A stretch of DNA of 64,000 bases from Pyrinomonadaceae bacterium (GCA_051004635.1 JBPCKD010000005.1:4558-68557), one strand, 5' to 3'. Counted from the stretch's first letter, positions 25,239 to 34,857 are shown. Program-made: numbers and translations. Notes: generated by a model from the letters alone, not told the origin.

Positions 25239-28200
25239 ATGTCGCTTAGTTCTAAATTCCCGATACCTCAAGGAGTCCTGGCGTTTGCCTTTGTCCTAAC
25301 CCCGCTGAGTCCTGCATCGCTGGCTCAACAAACCACCGGCGCGATTAAGGGCACCGTTACAGACCAGATGGGGAGCCTGATCATCAGCGCCACTGTACTT
25401 GCGAAAGATGCCAAAGGCGTGGAACGAAAGACGGCGACAAACCAATCCGGCAACTATGAGTTTAAAGCGCTACCCGCAGGTCGATATGATTTGCGGGTTG
25501 TCGCTCCGGGTTTCACGGAACTTGAAACAAAGGACGTGGAGGTCACGTCGGGCAAGGGCACTACTCTTGATTTGCAGTTAGATCTCGCCCCCTTGGAGCA
25601 ATCCGTCACCGTCGATAATAAAGGCGTCAGCACTGACTCAGATAATAATGCAGACGCATTGATCTTGCGCCAAAGCGATCTGGAAGCTTTGCCGAATGAC
25701 CCGGCGGCGCTGCAAGCGGTGCTACAAGCCATGGCCGGGCCCTCGGATGGAGAGGGTGGGTCTCAAATAAAGGTCGACGGATTCTCGAATGGCCAGATGC
25801 CGCCGAAGGAAGCGATTCGCGAAGTTCGTATCAACAATAATCCCTACTCCGCTGAAAATGAATATCCCGGTTGGAGCGGCATTGAGATTTTTACGCAGCC
25901 CGGCTCTGACAAATTCCACGGCGGAATCGCCTTCAATTTTAACGATGAGAGCCTCAACTCGCGCAACCCTTTTGCGCCGCGCCGTGTGCCGTATCAACAG
26001 CGCGGTTTGAACGGTAACTTGACCGGACCGATCGTTTCCAAGCGCGCATCGTTCTCTCTCTTTATGGGACGCTACGCCAGTGACGATAACGCGGTTGTTA
26101 ACGCCACGATTCTCGATCCGGTAACCCTCAAGCCGGTTCTCTTCAATCAATCATTCGTGACACCGCAAGTCTCCCGGTACATAAGCGGTCGCCTTGATCT
26201 GAAGATCAAGAAGAAACACACACTCGTCAGCAATTATGAATACGGCGATGGCTCTCAGAATCTGCAAGGCATCGGCGGGTTCCAGTTGCCGTCACGGGCG
26301 TTTCGTGGAAACCGCTCGAGCCACACGCTGCAAATGACTGAGACTGCTGTGCTCAATGAGAAGATGGTTAACGAAACACGCGTGATGCTGAGCCGCCGCA
26401 TCTTTCGGCAAACAGCCGACACGGTTCAGCCGGCCCTTAATGTGGCTGATGCGTTCTACGGCGGCGGTTCGCAAATTGGCGCGGCCTCTAACAAGCAAGA
26501 TCGCATCGAGGTCCAGAACTTTACCTCATGGTCCGTTGGTAAGCACTTCATCAAAGTAGGGGGCCGCATCAGGGAGGTGCGGATCGAAAGCATTTCGCCG
26601 GGGAATTTCGGAGGGTCCTATACATTCGCCGGCGGCGTTGGCCCCCGTCTCGATGCCAACGATCAGGTACTTCCCGGTGGAGGCACAATTGAGCTCAGCA
26701 GTCTGGAAGGTTACCGGCGGACACTGTTGTTTCAGCGCGCTGGCCTAAGTGCCGCGCAGATCAGAAGCCTGGGTGGCGGCGCCACACAGTTCTCAATCGC
26801 GGGTGGTAACCCGCAAGCGAAAGTCAGCCAGCGAGATATCAGCTTGTTCTTACAGGACGAGTGGAAGCTGCGGCCAAACCTTACAATATCTCCGGGTTTG
26901 CGTTACGAGGATCAGACCAACATAGAAAGTCTTTTAAACTTCGCGCCCCGCATAGGGTTCGCCTGGTCGCCTTCGTGGGGCAGCCCCAGGAAACCGGCCG
27001 CGCCCGCTCCGAAAGCAACGAAGAATGCCGGGGATTCAAAAGCAGTTTCGGGCGGGAGTCCCCGGGCGGGCAGTCCACCCGTGGTGGTGAGCGCAGCACC
27101 AAAACCGGCTGCCCCCGATACGAAGAACCCCGGCGATGCGAAATCAGTTCCGAGCGGGGGTCCCCAGGCGGGTAGCCCGCCTGGGGTGGCGGGCACACCG
27201 GCGAAACCGGCCGCGCCGCCCCGGTTCAAGACCGTGATGCGTGGAGGATTCGGCGTCTTTTACAACCGGATTTCAGAGGATCTGATTTTGCAATCGCGTA
27301 GATTCAACGGACTCAATCAACAGCAATTCGTGGTCACTGATCCGGCGGTGCTTGATCTATTTCCGGCCGTACCGGCCATCAATCAACTCACAACGTTCGC
27401 CCAGCCGCAAACCAGACGGTTCCTCGGTGCGAACCTGGCTCCGGGTGCGGTGCTTCGTTCCTCATTCACTCTTGAGCAGCAGTTGGATCCGAATCTCAAA
27501 GTGACGGTAACTTACTACCACACGCGCACATTGCGCACTTTGCGTACTGTGAATATCAACGCGCCGCTGGCGATAACTGGGGTGCGGCCGTTGGGCCAAA
27601 GCGAAGGAAATATTCTCGAGTCTGAATCAAATGGTCGGACCGTGAGTAATTCTTTGAGCGTGGGCGTTAACGGGATGATCAAGAAGGTAAATCTCTGGAC
27701 TAACTACAACCTGAACAGAAGCCGAAACACTGACAGTGGGACGAGCAGTGCGCCTTTCGATCCTTACGACTTCAGCAACGAATGGTCACGATCTCCGTTC
27801 AATGCCCGTCACAGCTTATTTGCCGGCGGCTATTATCAAACTAAGTCTCTGATTAGTATCAATGCGATGATCATCGCCAACTCAGGCAGGCCGTTTGATA
27901 TCACAACCGGGCGCGACACGAATCGCGACAATTCTTTTGCTGAGCGTCCTGCTTTCGCAACAGACCTGACGAAGCCGGGAGTGATCGTGACTCCGTTCGG
28001 CGCATTTGATCCGAATCCCGTTGCCGGACAGAAAATCATTCCGCGAAACTTCGGAACCGGACCGAGTTTCATATTGCTGAACTTCGGGTTAGAAAAAATC
28101 TTTAAGTTTGGCAAGGCTATCCCACCTAAATCACCGCCGCCCGGCGGCAACGTTGTGACGACGGCCACGACCGCGACCACAACTGTCGCTAAAGGGTCAG

Positions 28201-28427
28201 AGAAACCGCCTGCGAAGCCACCATTGCAAAGACCCTATTCGTTCTCCATGTCGATCTATGCTTCGAACGTCCTCAACCGTGCGAACAAGGCCAATCCCGT
28301 AGGTAACATGGCCTCGCCATATTTTTTGCAATCCACAACCACCTCGAATAACTTCTTCTTTGGACCAGGCGGTGGCGGCTCCGGCGCGAATCGACAGATT
28401 ACGGTGCGTTTGAGACTTAGCTTCTGA
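25239..28427 (+). CDS. TonB-dependent-receptor-like outer-membrane protein with N-terminal carboxypeptidase-regulatory-like domain
   Basis: Signal peptide and CarboxypepD_reg motif GAIKGTVTDQMGSLIISATVLAKD...SGNYEFKALPAGRYDLRVVAPGF. A long beta-barrel-type sequence ends in an aromatic C-terminus (RLRLSF). Confidence 0.85.
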   Translation: MSLSSKFPIPQGVLAFAFVLTPLSPASLAQQTTGAIKGTVTDQMGSLIISATVLAKDAKGVERKTATNQSGNYEFKALPAGRYDLRVVAPGFTELETKDVEVTSGKGTTLDLQLDLAPLEQSVTVDNKGVSTDSDNNADALILRQSDLEALPNDPAALQAVLQAMAGPSDGEGGSQIKVDGFSNGQMPPKEAIREVRINNNPYSAENEYPGWSGIEIFTQPGSDKFHGGIAFNFNDESLNSRNPFAPRRVPYQQRGLNGNLTGPIVSKRASFSLFMGRYASDDNAVVNATILDPVTLKPVLFNQSFVTPQVSRYISGRLDLKIKKKHTLVSNYEYGDGSQNLQGIGGFQLPSRAFRGNRSSHTLQMTETAVLNEKMVNETRVMLSRRIFRQTADTVQPALNVADAFYGGGSQIGAASNKQDRIEVQNFTSWSVGKHFIKVGGRIREVRIESISPGNFGGSYTFAGGVGPRLDANDQVLPGGGTIELSSLEGYRRTLLFQRAGLSAAQIRSLGGGATQFSIAGGNPQAKVSQRDISLFLQDEWKLRPNLTISPGLRYEDQTNIESLLNFAPRIGFAWSPSWGSPRKPAAPAPKATKNAGDSKAVSGGSPRAGSPPVVVSAAPKPAAPDTKNPGDAKSVPSGGPQAGSPPGVAGTPAKPAAPPRFKTVMRGGFGVFYNRISEDLILQSRRFNGLNQQQFVVTDPAVLDLFPAVPAINQLTTFAQPQTRRFLGANLAPGAVLRSSFTLEQQLDPNLKVTVTYYHTRTLRTLRTVNINAPLAITGVRPLGQSEGNILESESNGRTVSNSLSVGVNGMIKKVNLWTNYNLNRSRNTDSGTSSAPFDPYDFSNEWSRSPFNARHSLFAGGYYQTKSLISINAMIIANSGRPFDITTGRDTNRDNSFAERPAFATDLTKPGVIVTPFGAFDPNPVAGQKIIPRNFGTGPSFILLNFGLEKIFKFGKAIPPKSPPPGGNVVTTATTATTTVAKGSEKPPAKPPLQRPYSFSMSIYASNVLNRANKANPVGNMASPYFLQSTTTSNNFFFGPGGGGSGANRQITVRLRLSF

Positions 28428-28883
28428 TAAGCTTGCCCCGCCCACACAAACAGAGCCGACGCTCGGGCTCCCGGCGCGCCAGCCGCGCTGGGGTGGTCGA
28501 GTCGCCGCACTCGCCTTGGGAGAAATCTTTGACGCTCCTGGTTAACAGGTATTTGTCGCTTCTTCGAGTGTTGTTGCTGTGCCTCGCGCTCCTATGTTCC
28601 AGCGCCATGCAGATCCAAATAGCGGCTCAACAACCGGAGAGTACTTCCACTTCTAAGAACTTGCAGGTAGCTGTTCGGGCAGTTGAGAGGTTGACTCGAG
28701 GAGGAACAAATGTATGAAAAGACGAATTATTTTGTCGCTCGCGTTTGGTTTAGCATTCTCAATCAACGGTTGGCCGGTCTCAGGTTGATACCGTGACAAA
28801 TTTATGAATTGTCCATAATTATTTCGGCCATCAAAATTCCAATTTTCGTCCCACCAGACAAAAGCGAGTGCGAGAAAAGAATC

Positions 28884-29282
28884 ATGGCTGGAAAACTTCT
28901 TAAGATTATCTTGCCGGCAATTGGTTTCATGTTTTATTCAAACTTGTTCGCGGTTAGCGGACAACCGGCAAAATTTGAAACCAGATGCGGCTGGTATGAC
29001 AATCCCACGCCGGGCAATCACTGGCTTTCCGATAAAGAGGACGAATGGATTATCGGCGTGCAAGGGGGTTATCAACTCGAAGATTTCGTCGCGCCGGTTT
29101 TTAAGAAAACTCAATGGGTTAGCTTCTTCGGCAGAAGCTACGGTTATGGCTGCGCCTGTTTTCGGATGCGGGTTGACAAGGAAACGAAATATGTTTTGGA
29201 AATCAACAGCTCCTACGCCCGCCCGCTTTCTGTGTGTCGGAAAGATAAAGCTCTGCGAAAATGGAAGGTCGAGGAAAAATAA
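28884..29282 (+). CDS. DUF4087-like secreted protein
   Basis: Signal peptide, then RCGWYDNPTPGNHWLSDKEDEWIIGVQGGYQ...SYGYGCACFRM, which I recognise as the DUF4087 pattern. ATG at 28884 preferred over 28809. Confidence 0.6.
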   Translation: MAGKLLKIILPAIGFMFYSNLFAVSGQPAKFETRCGWYDNPTPGNHWLSDKEDEWIIGVQGGYQLEDFVAPVFKKTQWVSFFGRSYGYGCACFRMRVDKETKYVLEINSSYARPLSVCRKDKALRKWKVEEK

Positions 29283-29402
29283 GGAAGAAAGCTTCCAACG
29301 GTGGACGCCGAGTCCAGCCCGCGGTAGCGGGCGACAGCACCCAAATATAGATTTGGTAACGAAGGTAACCTGAAGCTCTAGTTGTCGAACCGGAGGAGTG
29401 AA

Positions 29403-30365
29403 ATGAGCAAATCTCTATTCAGTCTTATGTGCCTGGCAGTTTTCTTGTCGGCTTGCCAATCAAGCCCGACGGCAAACACTAATGGAAACGCGGCGAATCC
29501 TGGAAACAGCGCGGCAACTGCGCCGGCAGAGCCAAAACTTTCAGAAGCCAAGCCACCCGTCTTCAGCACAAGTTCGACCCCCGACTCATCGGAACCGGTC
29601 AAGTTTCCATTTGCAGATTTTCCTACAGTTGAAACAACTGCGAAGCCGGGCGATTACGTGCTGGCACCGTCTTACAATTGGATCAAAGATGCGGCGGAGA
29701 AAGGCACTGATTCGACACGCTTCATCTGGTACGTGCAAAAGATGGCGCAACCCGATAAAGAAAACTCGGAATTGCAATTCCTCCAGGAACGCCGCAAGGT
29801 TCCAAATGCCTACGTCGTCGCAATTCCGCCAAAGCAGATCGCAAAGACCGGTGACATTGTTTTGACCTGGTGGCAGACTGGTTCGGGGATGCAACGGGCG
29901 ATCGTCGTCGACGATGCGGATCCGACCAGACCAATCGTGCGCTATCTGGATATCGACTACGACAATCCGGCGAAGAGCCGCGATGGTGTCACAACCATTG
30001 GGAAGATGGATGAGCGTATCGTTTCTGATTCTTTCGTACAATTAAGAGCCTGGGACCCGGGCACGACGGTAGCTGTTCGGGACGGGGCGAATCAAAAATC
30101 AGCCAAAGTGATCCGGGTTGCCGGAAATAAAGTTCTGGTGTTGGAGACCGGTAAACTGAAGGTGTATCCGAAGAGCAGCTGCCAGCCGGCGCAGCTCGTG
30201 CCGCAGGTTAAAGCCGGCGACCGAGTACAGGCACCGCGCTACGGACTGAATTTCGCGAGCGCCAGCGTGTCAAGTGTTGACACTCGCAACGGACGAGTCT
30301 TCGTTCGGTTCGACGGAGACAAGGAAGACAAAGCTATTGCATTTGGAGACGTGTTGAAAAACTAA
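29403..30365 (+). CDS. hypothetical lipoprotein
   Basis: RBS GGAGGA (29392-29397). N-terminus MSKSLFSLMCLAVFLSAC contains a lipobox (LSAC). A low-complexity linker precedes the globular region. Confidence 0.65.
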   Translation: MSKSLFSLMCLAVFLSACQSSPTANTNGNAANPGNSAATAPAEPKLSEAKPPVFSTSSTPDSSEPVKFPFADFPTVETTAKPGDYVLAPSYNWIKDAAEKGTDSTRFIWYVQKMAQPDKENSELQFLQERRKVPNAYVVAIPPKQIAKTGDIVLTWWQTGSGMQRAIVVDDADPTRPIVRYLDIDYDNPAKSRDGVTTIGKMDERIVSDSFVQLRAWDPGTTVAVRDGANQKSAKVIRVAGNKVLVLETGKLKVYPKSSCQPAQLVPQVKAGDRVQAPRYGLNFASASVSSVDTRNGRVFVRFDGDKEDKAIAFGDVLKN

Positions 30366-30607
30366 AGGCCGTCGAAGATGACCCGCCTTTGTCAGCGGCC
30401 GAGGAGGAGTTGGTTGAGGCAGTTCCAACGCTCGGCGAATCGCAATCTGACGCTCTCAAAGGTAAGACGTGGAAGCTCCTTAATGACTTCATTGAAACTC
30501 ATGGCCAAAGCTTACCGCGCTGAAGGAGTTTCTTAGTGGATGTCGAAAGAAGCCAGTAACATTAGTCATCAAGCTTTTCGAACTTTGAAACACTTTCCGA
30601 TTCCCCG

Positions 30608-31978
30608 TTACTCCCGCCCCGGCCGAGAAACCACTCCGTTCTTCATCACAAACACGACCCTCTCCGTCGCATGAATAGCCTTGAGCGGAGCGCCTGAAAC
30701 GGCGACGATGTCGGCCCATTTGCCCGGTGCCAGCGAGCCGATGTTCTTTTCCCAGCCCAGCAGTGTGGCGGCGTTCATAGTCCCAGCCTTGATCGCATCC
30801 ATGTTACTCATGCCGCCCCATTCAACCATCAGGACAAATTCGCGCGCGTTAGTGCCGTGCGGAATCACGCCTGCGTCAGTTCCCAGAGCGATCGGAACTT
30901 TATTGGCGATGGCGATCTTGATAGCTTTGCGCATGGCCGCAGCCGCCGCCAGAGCTTTCTCGGCGCGGAGTCCTTTGAGCACGCCGCTTTTTGCTGCTCG
31001 CTCAACCGCCTCGCCCGCCATCATTGTCGGCACGAGGTAGGTGCCGCGCTCGGCCATCATGCGTGCGCCGTCTTCATCAAGAAATGATCCGTGCTCAATT
31101 GAGACGACGCCCGCGCGCGTCGCAATCTTGATTCCTTCGGTGCCGTGCGCATGTGCGGCTACCTTCCGTTCGTGCTGGGCGGCTTCATCGACCATCGTCT
31201 TCATTTCTTCAAAGCTGTATTGAGTAGTACCGACCGCGTCGCCTTCCGAAAGCACGCCGCCGGTGGCGCAGGTCTTGATCACGTCAGCGCCATACTTGAC
31301 CTGGTAACGCACCGCCGCGCGAATCTCGTCCGGGCCGTTCGCGATCCCGTCAGCAATGGATCGATCCAGCAGGCCGGGACGAAAGCCGTTGCTATCACAG
31401 TGACCGCCGGTAATTCCCAGCGAGTGGCCCGCCGTTACCATTCGTGGCCCGGGCGTCCAGCCTTCGTTGATTGCTTTTCTCAAAGCGATGTCATTGAAAG
31501 GACCGGAGGCGCCGACGTTGCGCACAGTGGTGAACCCGGCCATGAGGGTATTGCGCGCGTGGTTGACGCCGAGGATCGCGCCGAACGCGTCGTAGTCCCT
31601 GACCGCGGCCATGTCGCCTTCGGGATCGCCGAGCACACGTCCAATAAGATGTGTGTGCGCATCGATGAAACCTGGAAGCAAAGTGACGTCGCCCAGATCG
31701 ACTACCTTCACGCCGGGAGGGAGGCGAACAGAAGTGGCGTCACCGACAGCAGAAATCCTGTTGTTAGTGACAATAATGATCGCGTTGCGAATCGGCGGCG
31801 CGCCCGTGCCGTCAATCAAACGCGCGGCACGCAGTGCAACCACGCCCTTGCCTTCAGGGGGCTCAGGCCGGATACCTGCCGGCGCAGGATTCTGCGCGAT
31901 CACGGAAACGCAAAAACAACAAGCCAAGGTTACCGCGATCCGGGTCAGCGTCATCAAAAATGGTTTGTAGCTTTTCAC
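30608..31978 (-). CDS. amidohydrolase family protein (metal-dependent hydrolase), secreted
   Basis: Signal peptide and GFIDAHTHL metal-binding motif, with downstream HAHG and GTDAG motifs typical of the amidohydrolase superfamily. Confidence 0.85.
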   Translation of the reverse strand: MKSYKPFLMTLTRIAVTLACCFCVSVIAQNPAPAGIRPEPPEGKGVVALRAARLIDGTGAPPIRNAIIIVTNNRISAVGDATSVRLPPGVKVVDLGDVTLLPGFIDAHTHLIGRVLGDPEGDMAAVRDYDAFGAILGVNHARNTLMAGFTTVRNVGASGPFNDIALRKAINEGWTPGPRMVTAGHSLGITGGHCDSNGFRPGLLDRSIADGIANGPDEIRAAVRYQVKYGADVIKTCATGGVLSEGDAVGTTQYSFEEMKTMVDEAAQHERKVAAHAHGTEGIKIATRAGVVSIEHGSFLDEDGARMMAERGTYLVPTMMAGEAVERAAKSGVLKGLRAEKALAAAAAMRKAIKIAIANKVPIALGTDAGVIPHGTNAREFVLMVEWGGMSNMDAIKAGTMNAATLLGWEKNIGSLAPGKWADIVAVSGAPLKAIHATERVVFVMKNGVVSRPGRE

Positions 31979-32100
31979 TGTGATGATTCCTCGGTTTCAT
32001 TATTCGATCGAAGGTGACGGGCCGACGCATTCTAGTGGAGATTTCATCTGGCCGAAAGGAAAGCGAGCAATCTAACGGCGCAGTGCAACTTAGCCTGGAA

Positions 32101-32254
32101 GCGCGGCTCTGCCGCAGCACACTGCGGAAAGGCTCCAGCCTTTCCGCGGCCGGGTTATTATTCTTTCTTTCCTGAGGCTTAGCCTCAGGAAAGAAAGCGG
32201 GGTGGTTCACGGAAAGCCATAGGCTTTCCGCAGTGTGCGGCGGCAAGCCGCAAA
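32101..32254. repeat. palindromic REP/MITE-like element (family E)
   Basis: Outer arms GCGGCTCTGCCGCAGCACACTGCGGAAAGGCT and AGGCTTTCCGCAGTGTGCGGCGGCAAGCCGC. Inner palindrome TTCTTTCTTTCCTGAGGCTTAGCCTCAGGAAAGAAAG. Half-units recur at 24957-24996 and about 21278-21295. Confidence 0.65.
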
Positions 32255-34067
32255 ACTAGATTGAGCGCCCACCCAGTAATTGCATAGCTTTAGCCGGACA
32301 ATAAGCGCCTAGCCCTCTATGCCAAACCTAAGCCAACGCTTTCTCTCATCCATGCTTCCCTCATAGATGGTGGAATCCTATTGGTAGTTCGGTATATGGG
32401 AATCCTGCAACCGATCCAAGCCGTGGGTTTGAGGTGCGGGGTGAGTATATCTACGTCTTTGAAATCAGTACAAGGATTGAGTGGAAAGAGTCTCCGGTTC
32501 GAGGGCGGCCTCTCCATGGAGTGCGGCCTCTCCATGGAGACAAGTATGCTGAATGTCAGGTCGGGCGACTAGAATAAGCAAACCAGAGAAGCTTATTCGA
32601 GGAGAACGACGATGACAAATCAGATTCAAGAGACAACCTTGATTCCACGTGACTACGACATCTTCGGTGGTCTGGACGTAGACAAAAAGGGTATGGCAGT
32701 GACTTTCACCGATCATGGAACAATGCGAAAATCTTTCAAGCTGCCCTACAGTGCGACCCAACTGCTTAATTACACGCGAAAACATTTTCCGGGTCAGCGA
32801 GTGGCTTTTGTTTACGAAGCCGGACCGACCGGCTTTGGGCTCCATGATGAGCTGACGGCGGCCAGCCATCCTTGTTTGGTGGTCTCGCCCTCGATGGTGC
32901 CGACGGTGCAGAGAAAACGAGTGAAAACTAATCGCCTCGACAGCAACAAGCTCTCGGATGGATTGCGAGGCGGACAATTGCGCGGCATTCATGTGCCGCC
33001 AGCTGGTTATCGCGAGCTGCGACATCTGGTGCAATTGCGCGACACCCAAGTGGCCCAACTGAAGGCGACCAAGTGTCGCATAAAGTCGCTGCTGCTGTAT
33101 GAAGGCATCGCTTTTCCAGCGGCTAACGGAAAATGGTCGGCCGCGGCGCTGCGACAGCTGGAGGCGCTGCCTTGCAATGCCACGGTGCGCTTTAAGTTGG
33201 ACCAGTTGATCGATGCTTTGCAATTCCATTTTCTGTCCGCCGCCAAGGTGCAAAAACAAATCCGGCAATTCTGTCAAAACGATCCTGAACTACGCGAGTG
33301 CATCAGTTTTCTGGTCAGTTTGCCAGGAGTCGGTACGATCACCGCCACTCATGCTTTGGCGCGGCTGGGAGATTGGCGCCAGATCAAAGATGTGCGCCAG
33401 ATCGCCGGCTTCCTGGGGCTGGTCTCCAGTGAGCATTCTACTGGTGACAAGGAAAATCGCGGCGAGATTACCCGCATTGGCGACAGCCGTTTACGCAACA
33501 AGCTGATTCAGTGCGCTTGGACAGCGATCCGCAAAGATCCGGAACTGCGCGCCTTCTATCGGCGCATCTATGAGCGCCAGCCCAAAAAGGTGGCGGCTCG
33601 CAAAGCCATTGTGGCGGTAGCTCGTAAGTTGACCACGCGCATGTACGCGGTCCTGAAAGAACAACGCCCCTTTGTAATTCGGGCAGACAGTTCCATAGCT
33701 CCTTTGACCGCAGAGGAGACCGCCGGCCCCCGGGAACGACTCGACACCGCACAGAACGAGCAGCCGTAATTTGCTGCGCTTCGTTTCTGGAGACAGAGAA
33801 CCCAGGGCTAGCGGTATCGCCCTAGTGGGCCGCATTCTCGAGAGTGTGACGAACATTGTGTCGTGCCACGTATAGCAGTCAGTCTCTCTAGGTTGAAGAA
33901 AAGAAAGCAGGGCCAACCGACCAGGTTGTGGAAATATGGAAAACTCTGCGCCAAAAACGCTTCGAGTTTCCCACATTCCCACAACCACTGCTGCTGGCTC
34001 CATATTTTCAAAGACAAAAAGCAAAAGAAAAAACTTTTTCTCTTGCGAAGGGCTTGACATTCACATA
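32255..34067 (+). mobile_element. IS110-family insertion sequence (boundaries approximate)
   Basis: Single transposase ORF with long non-coding ends (357 nt 5', about 298 nt 3'). No terminal inverted repeats, as is usual for IS110. The left limit is inferred from where the family-E repeat unit ends compared with its solo copy at 24957-24996. The right limit is inferred from the start of the nearly intact family-B repeat at 34068. Confidence 0.65.
32612..33769 (+). CDS. IS110-family transposase (DEDD RuvC-like N-domain plus Transposase_20 C-domain)
   Basis: N-terminal GLDVDKKGMAV. C-terminal LVSLPGVGTITATHALARLGDW...FLGLVSSEHSTGDKENRGEITRIGDSRLRNKLIQCAW is characteristic of IS116/IS110/IS902 transposases. 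Confidence 0.9.
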   Translation: MTNQIQETTLIPRDYDIFGGLDVDKKGMAVTFTDHGTMRKSFKLPYSATQLLNYTRKHFPGQRVAFVYEAGPTGFGLHDELTAASHPCLVVSPSMVPTVQRKRVKTNRLDSNKLSDGLRGGQLRGIHVPPAGYRELRHLVQLRDTQVAQLKATKCRIKSLLLYEGIAFPAANGKWSAAALRQLEALPCNATVRFKLDQLIDALQFHFLSAAKVQKQIRQFCQNDPELRECISFLVSLPGVGTITATHALARLGDWRQIKDVRQIAGFLGLVSSEHSTGDKENRGEITRIGDSRLRNKLIQCAWTAIRKDPELRAFYRRIYERQPKKVAARKAIVAVARKLTTRMYAVLKEQRPFVIRADSSIAPLTAEETAGPRERLDTAQNEQP

Positions 34068-34196
34068 GCAGTGCGGTGACCTGTCACCGCTTTAGCCCGC
34101 GGCGGCTTGACGCCGCTTCCTGCAAGCTAATTCAGTCTGCAAAGGCTGCGACAGGTCGCAGCCGACCAAAGCGGTGACAGGTCACCGCACTCCAAA
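34068..34196. repeat. family-B palindromic repeat (CGGTGACCTGTCACCG ... CGGTGACAGGTCACCG)
   Basis: The terminal arms are reverse complements. The right half (34136-34196) is about 93 percent identical to 57538-57595. Confidence 0.75.
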
Positions 34197-34237
34197 GAGA
34201 GGCATGTCGTCCTGAAACTCTATGGGCCAACACAACG

Positions 34238-34807
34238 TTGATCAGCAGTTTGACGAGAAAAAGGACTATTCTCGCGCGTCAGAAGGAGGGCAAACCAGTG
34301 CACGAGTGGAAATTGGCCGAAGCTCCGGAATTGGGCGACTGGAGCCAGAGCTATCAAACCGTCGGACAATTCATGTCAACCGATCTGTTCACATTGCGGC
34401 CTACCGATCTGGTCGATCTCGCCGCCAGTTTGATGGAGTGGCGGCACATCAGGCATGTTCCCGTTGAAGACGAAGATGGTCGTCTGGGCGGGCTGGTAAC
34501 TCACCGCGGCCTTTTGCGTCTGCTGACCCGCGGCTCAACCGCACCCGATGGGACTTCGATGACCGTGCGGGAGATAATGAAGCCGAATCCAACCAGCGTG
34601 CCTTCGACCACACCCACGCTGGAAGCTATTGAGATCATGCGGCGCTCAGGTATCGGTTCCCTTCCGGTAGTCGATGACAACCAGCTTGTGGGGATTGTGA
34701 CCTCTTATGATTTCCTGACTGCCACCGCGAGTATTTTCAAGCAACACCTCGCAGCTTCGGCGGGGCTTTCGGATAAGAAGGCAACTGCAAAATCAGCATC
34801 AACCTAA
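34238..34807 (+). CDS. CBS-pair domain protein
   Basis: Two CBS motifs (VGQFMSTDLFTLRPTDLV...HVPVEDEDGRLGGLVTHRGLL and VREIMKPNPTSVPSTTPTLEAIEIMRRSGIGSLPVVDDNQLVGIVTSYDFL). Confidence 0.8.
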   Translation: MISSLTRKRTILARQKEGKPVHEWKLAEAPELGDWSQSYQTVGQFMSTDLFTLRPTDLVDLAASLMEWRHIRHVPVEDEDGRLGGLVTHRGLLRLLTRGSTAPDGTSMTVREIMKPNPTSVPSTTPTLEAIEIMRRSGIGSLPVVDDNQLVGIVTSYDFLTATASIFKQHLAASAGLSDKKATAKSAST

Positions 34808-34857
34808 TCAGAATCGGGAATGAGGTGGAATGCAATCCCGGAGAACGTCGCTGAAAA

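Noticed and set aside
26861-27229. Three overlapping ORFs of about 105 aa in alternative frames or strand
   Set aside because: They are artefacts of the GC-rich tandem duplication inside the TonB-like receptor gene.
31145-32017. 290-aa plus-strand ORF
   Set aside because: It lies antisense to the amidohydrolase gene, which has clear metal-binding motifs.
32465-34060. 270-aa and 189-aa minus-strand ORFs
   Set aside because: Both are antisense to the IS110 transposase gene or its non-coding ends, and neither has recognisable motifs.
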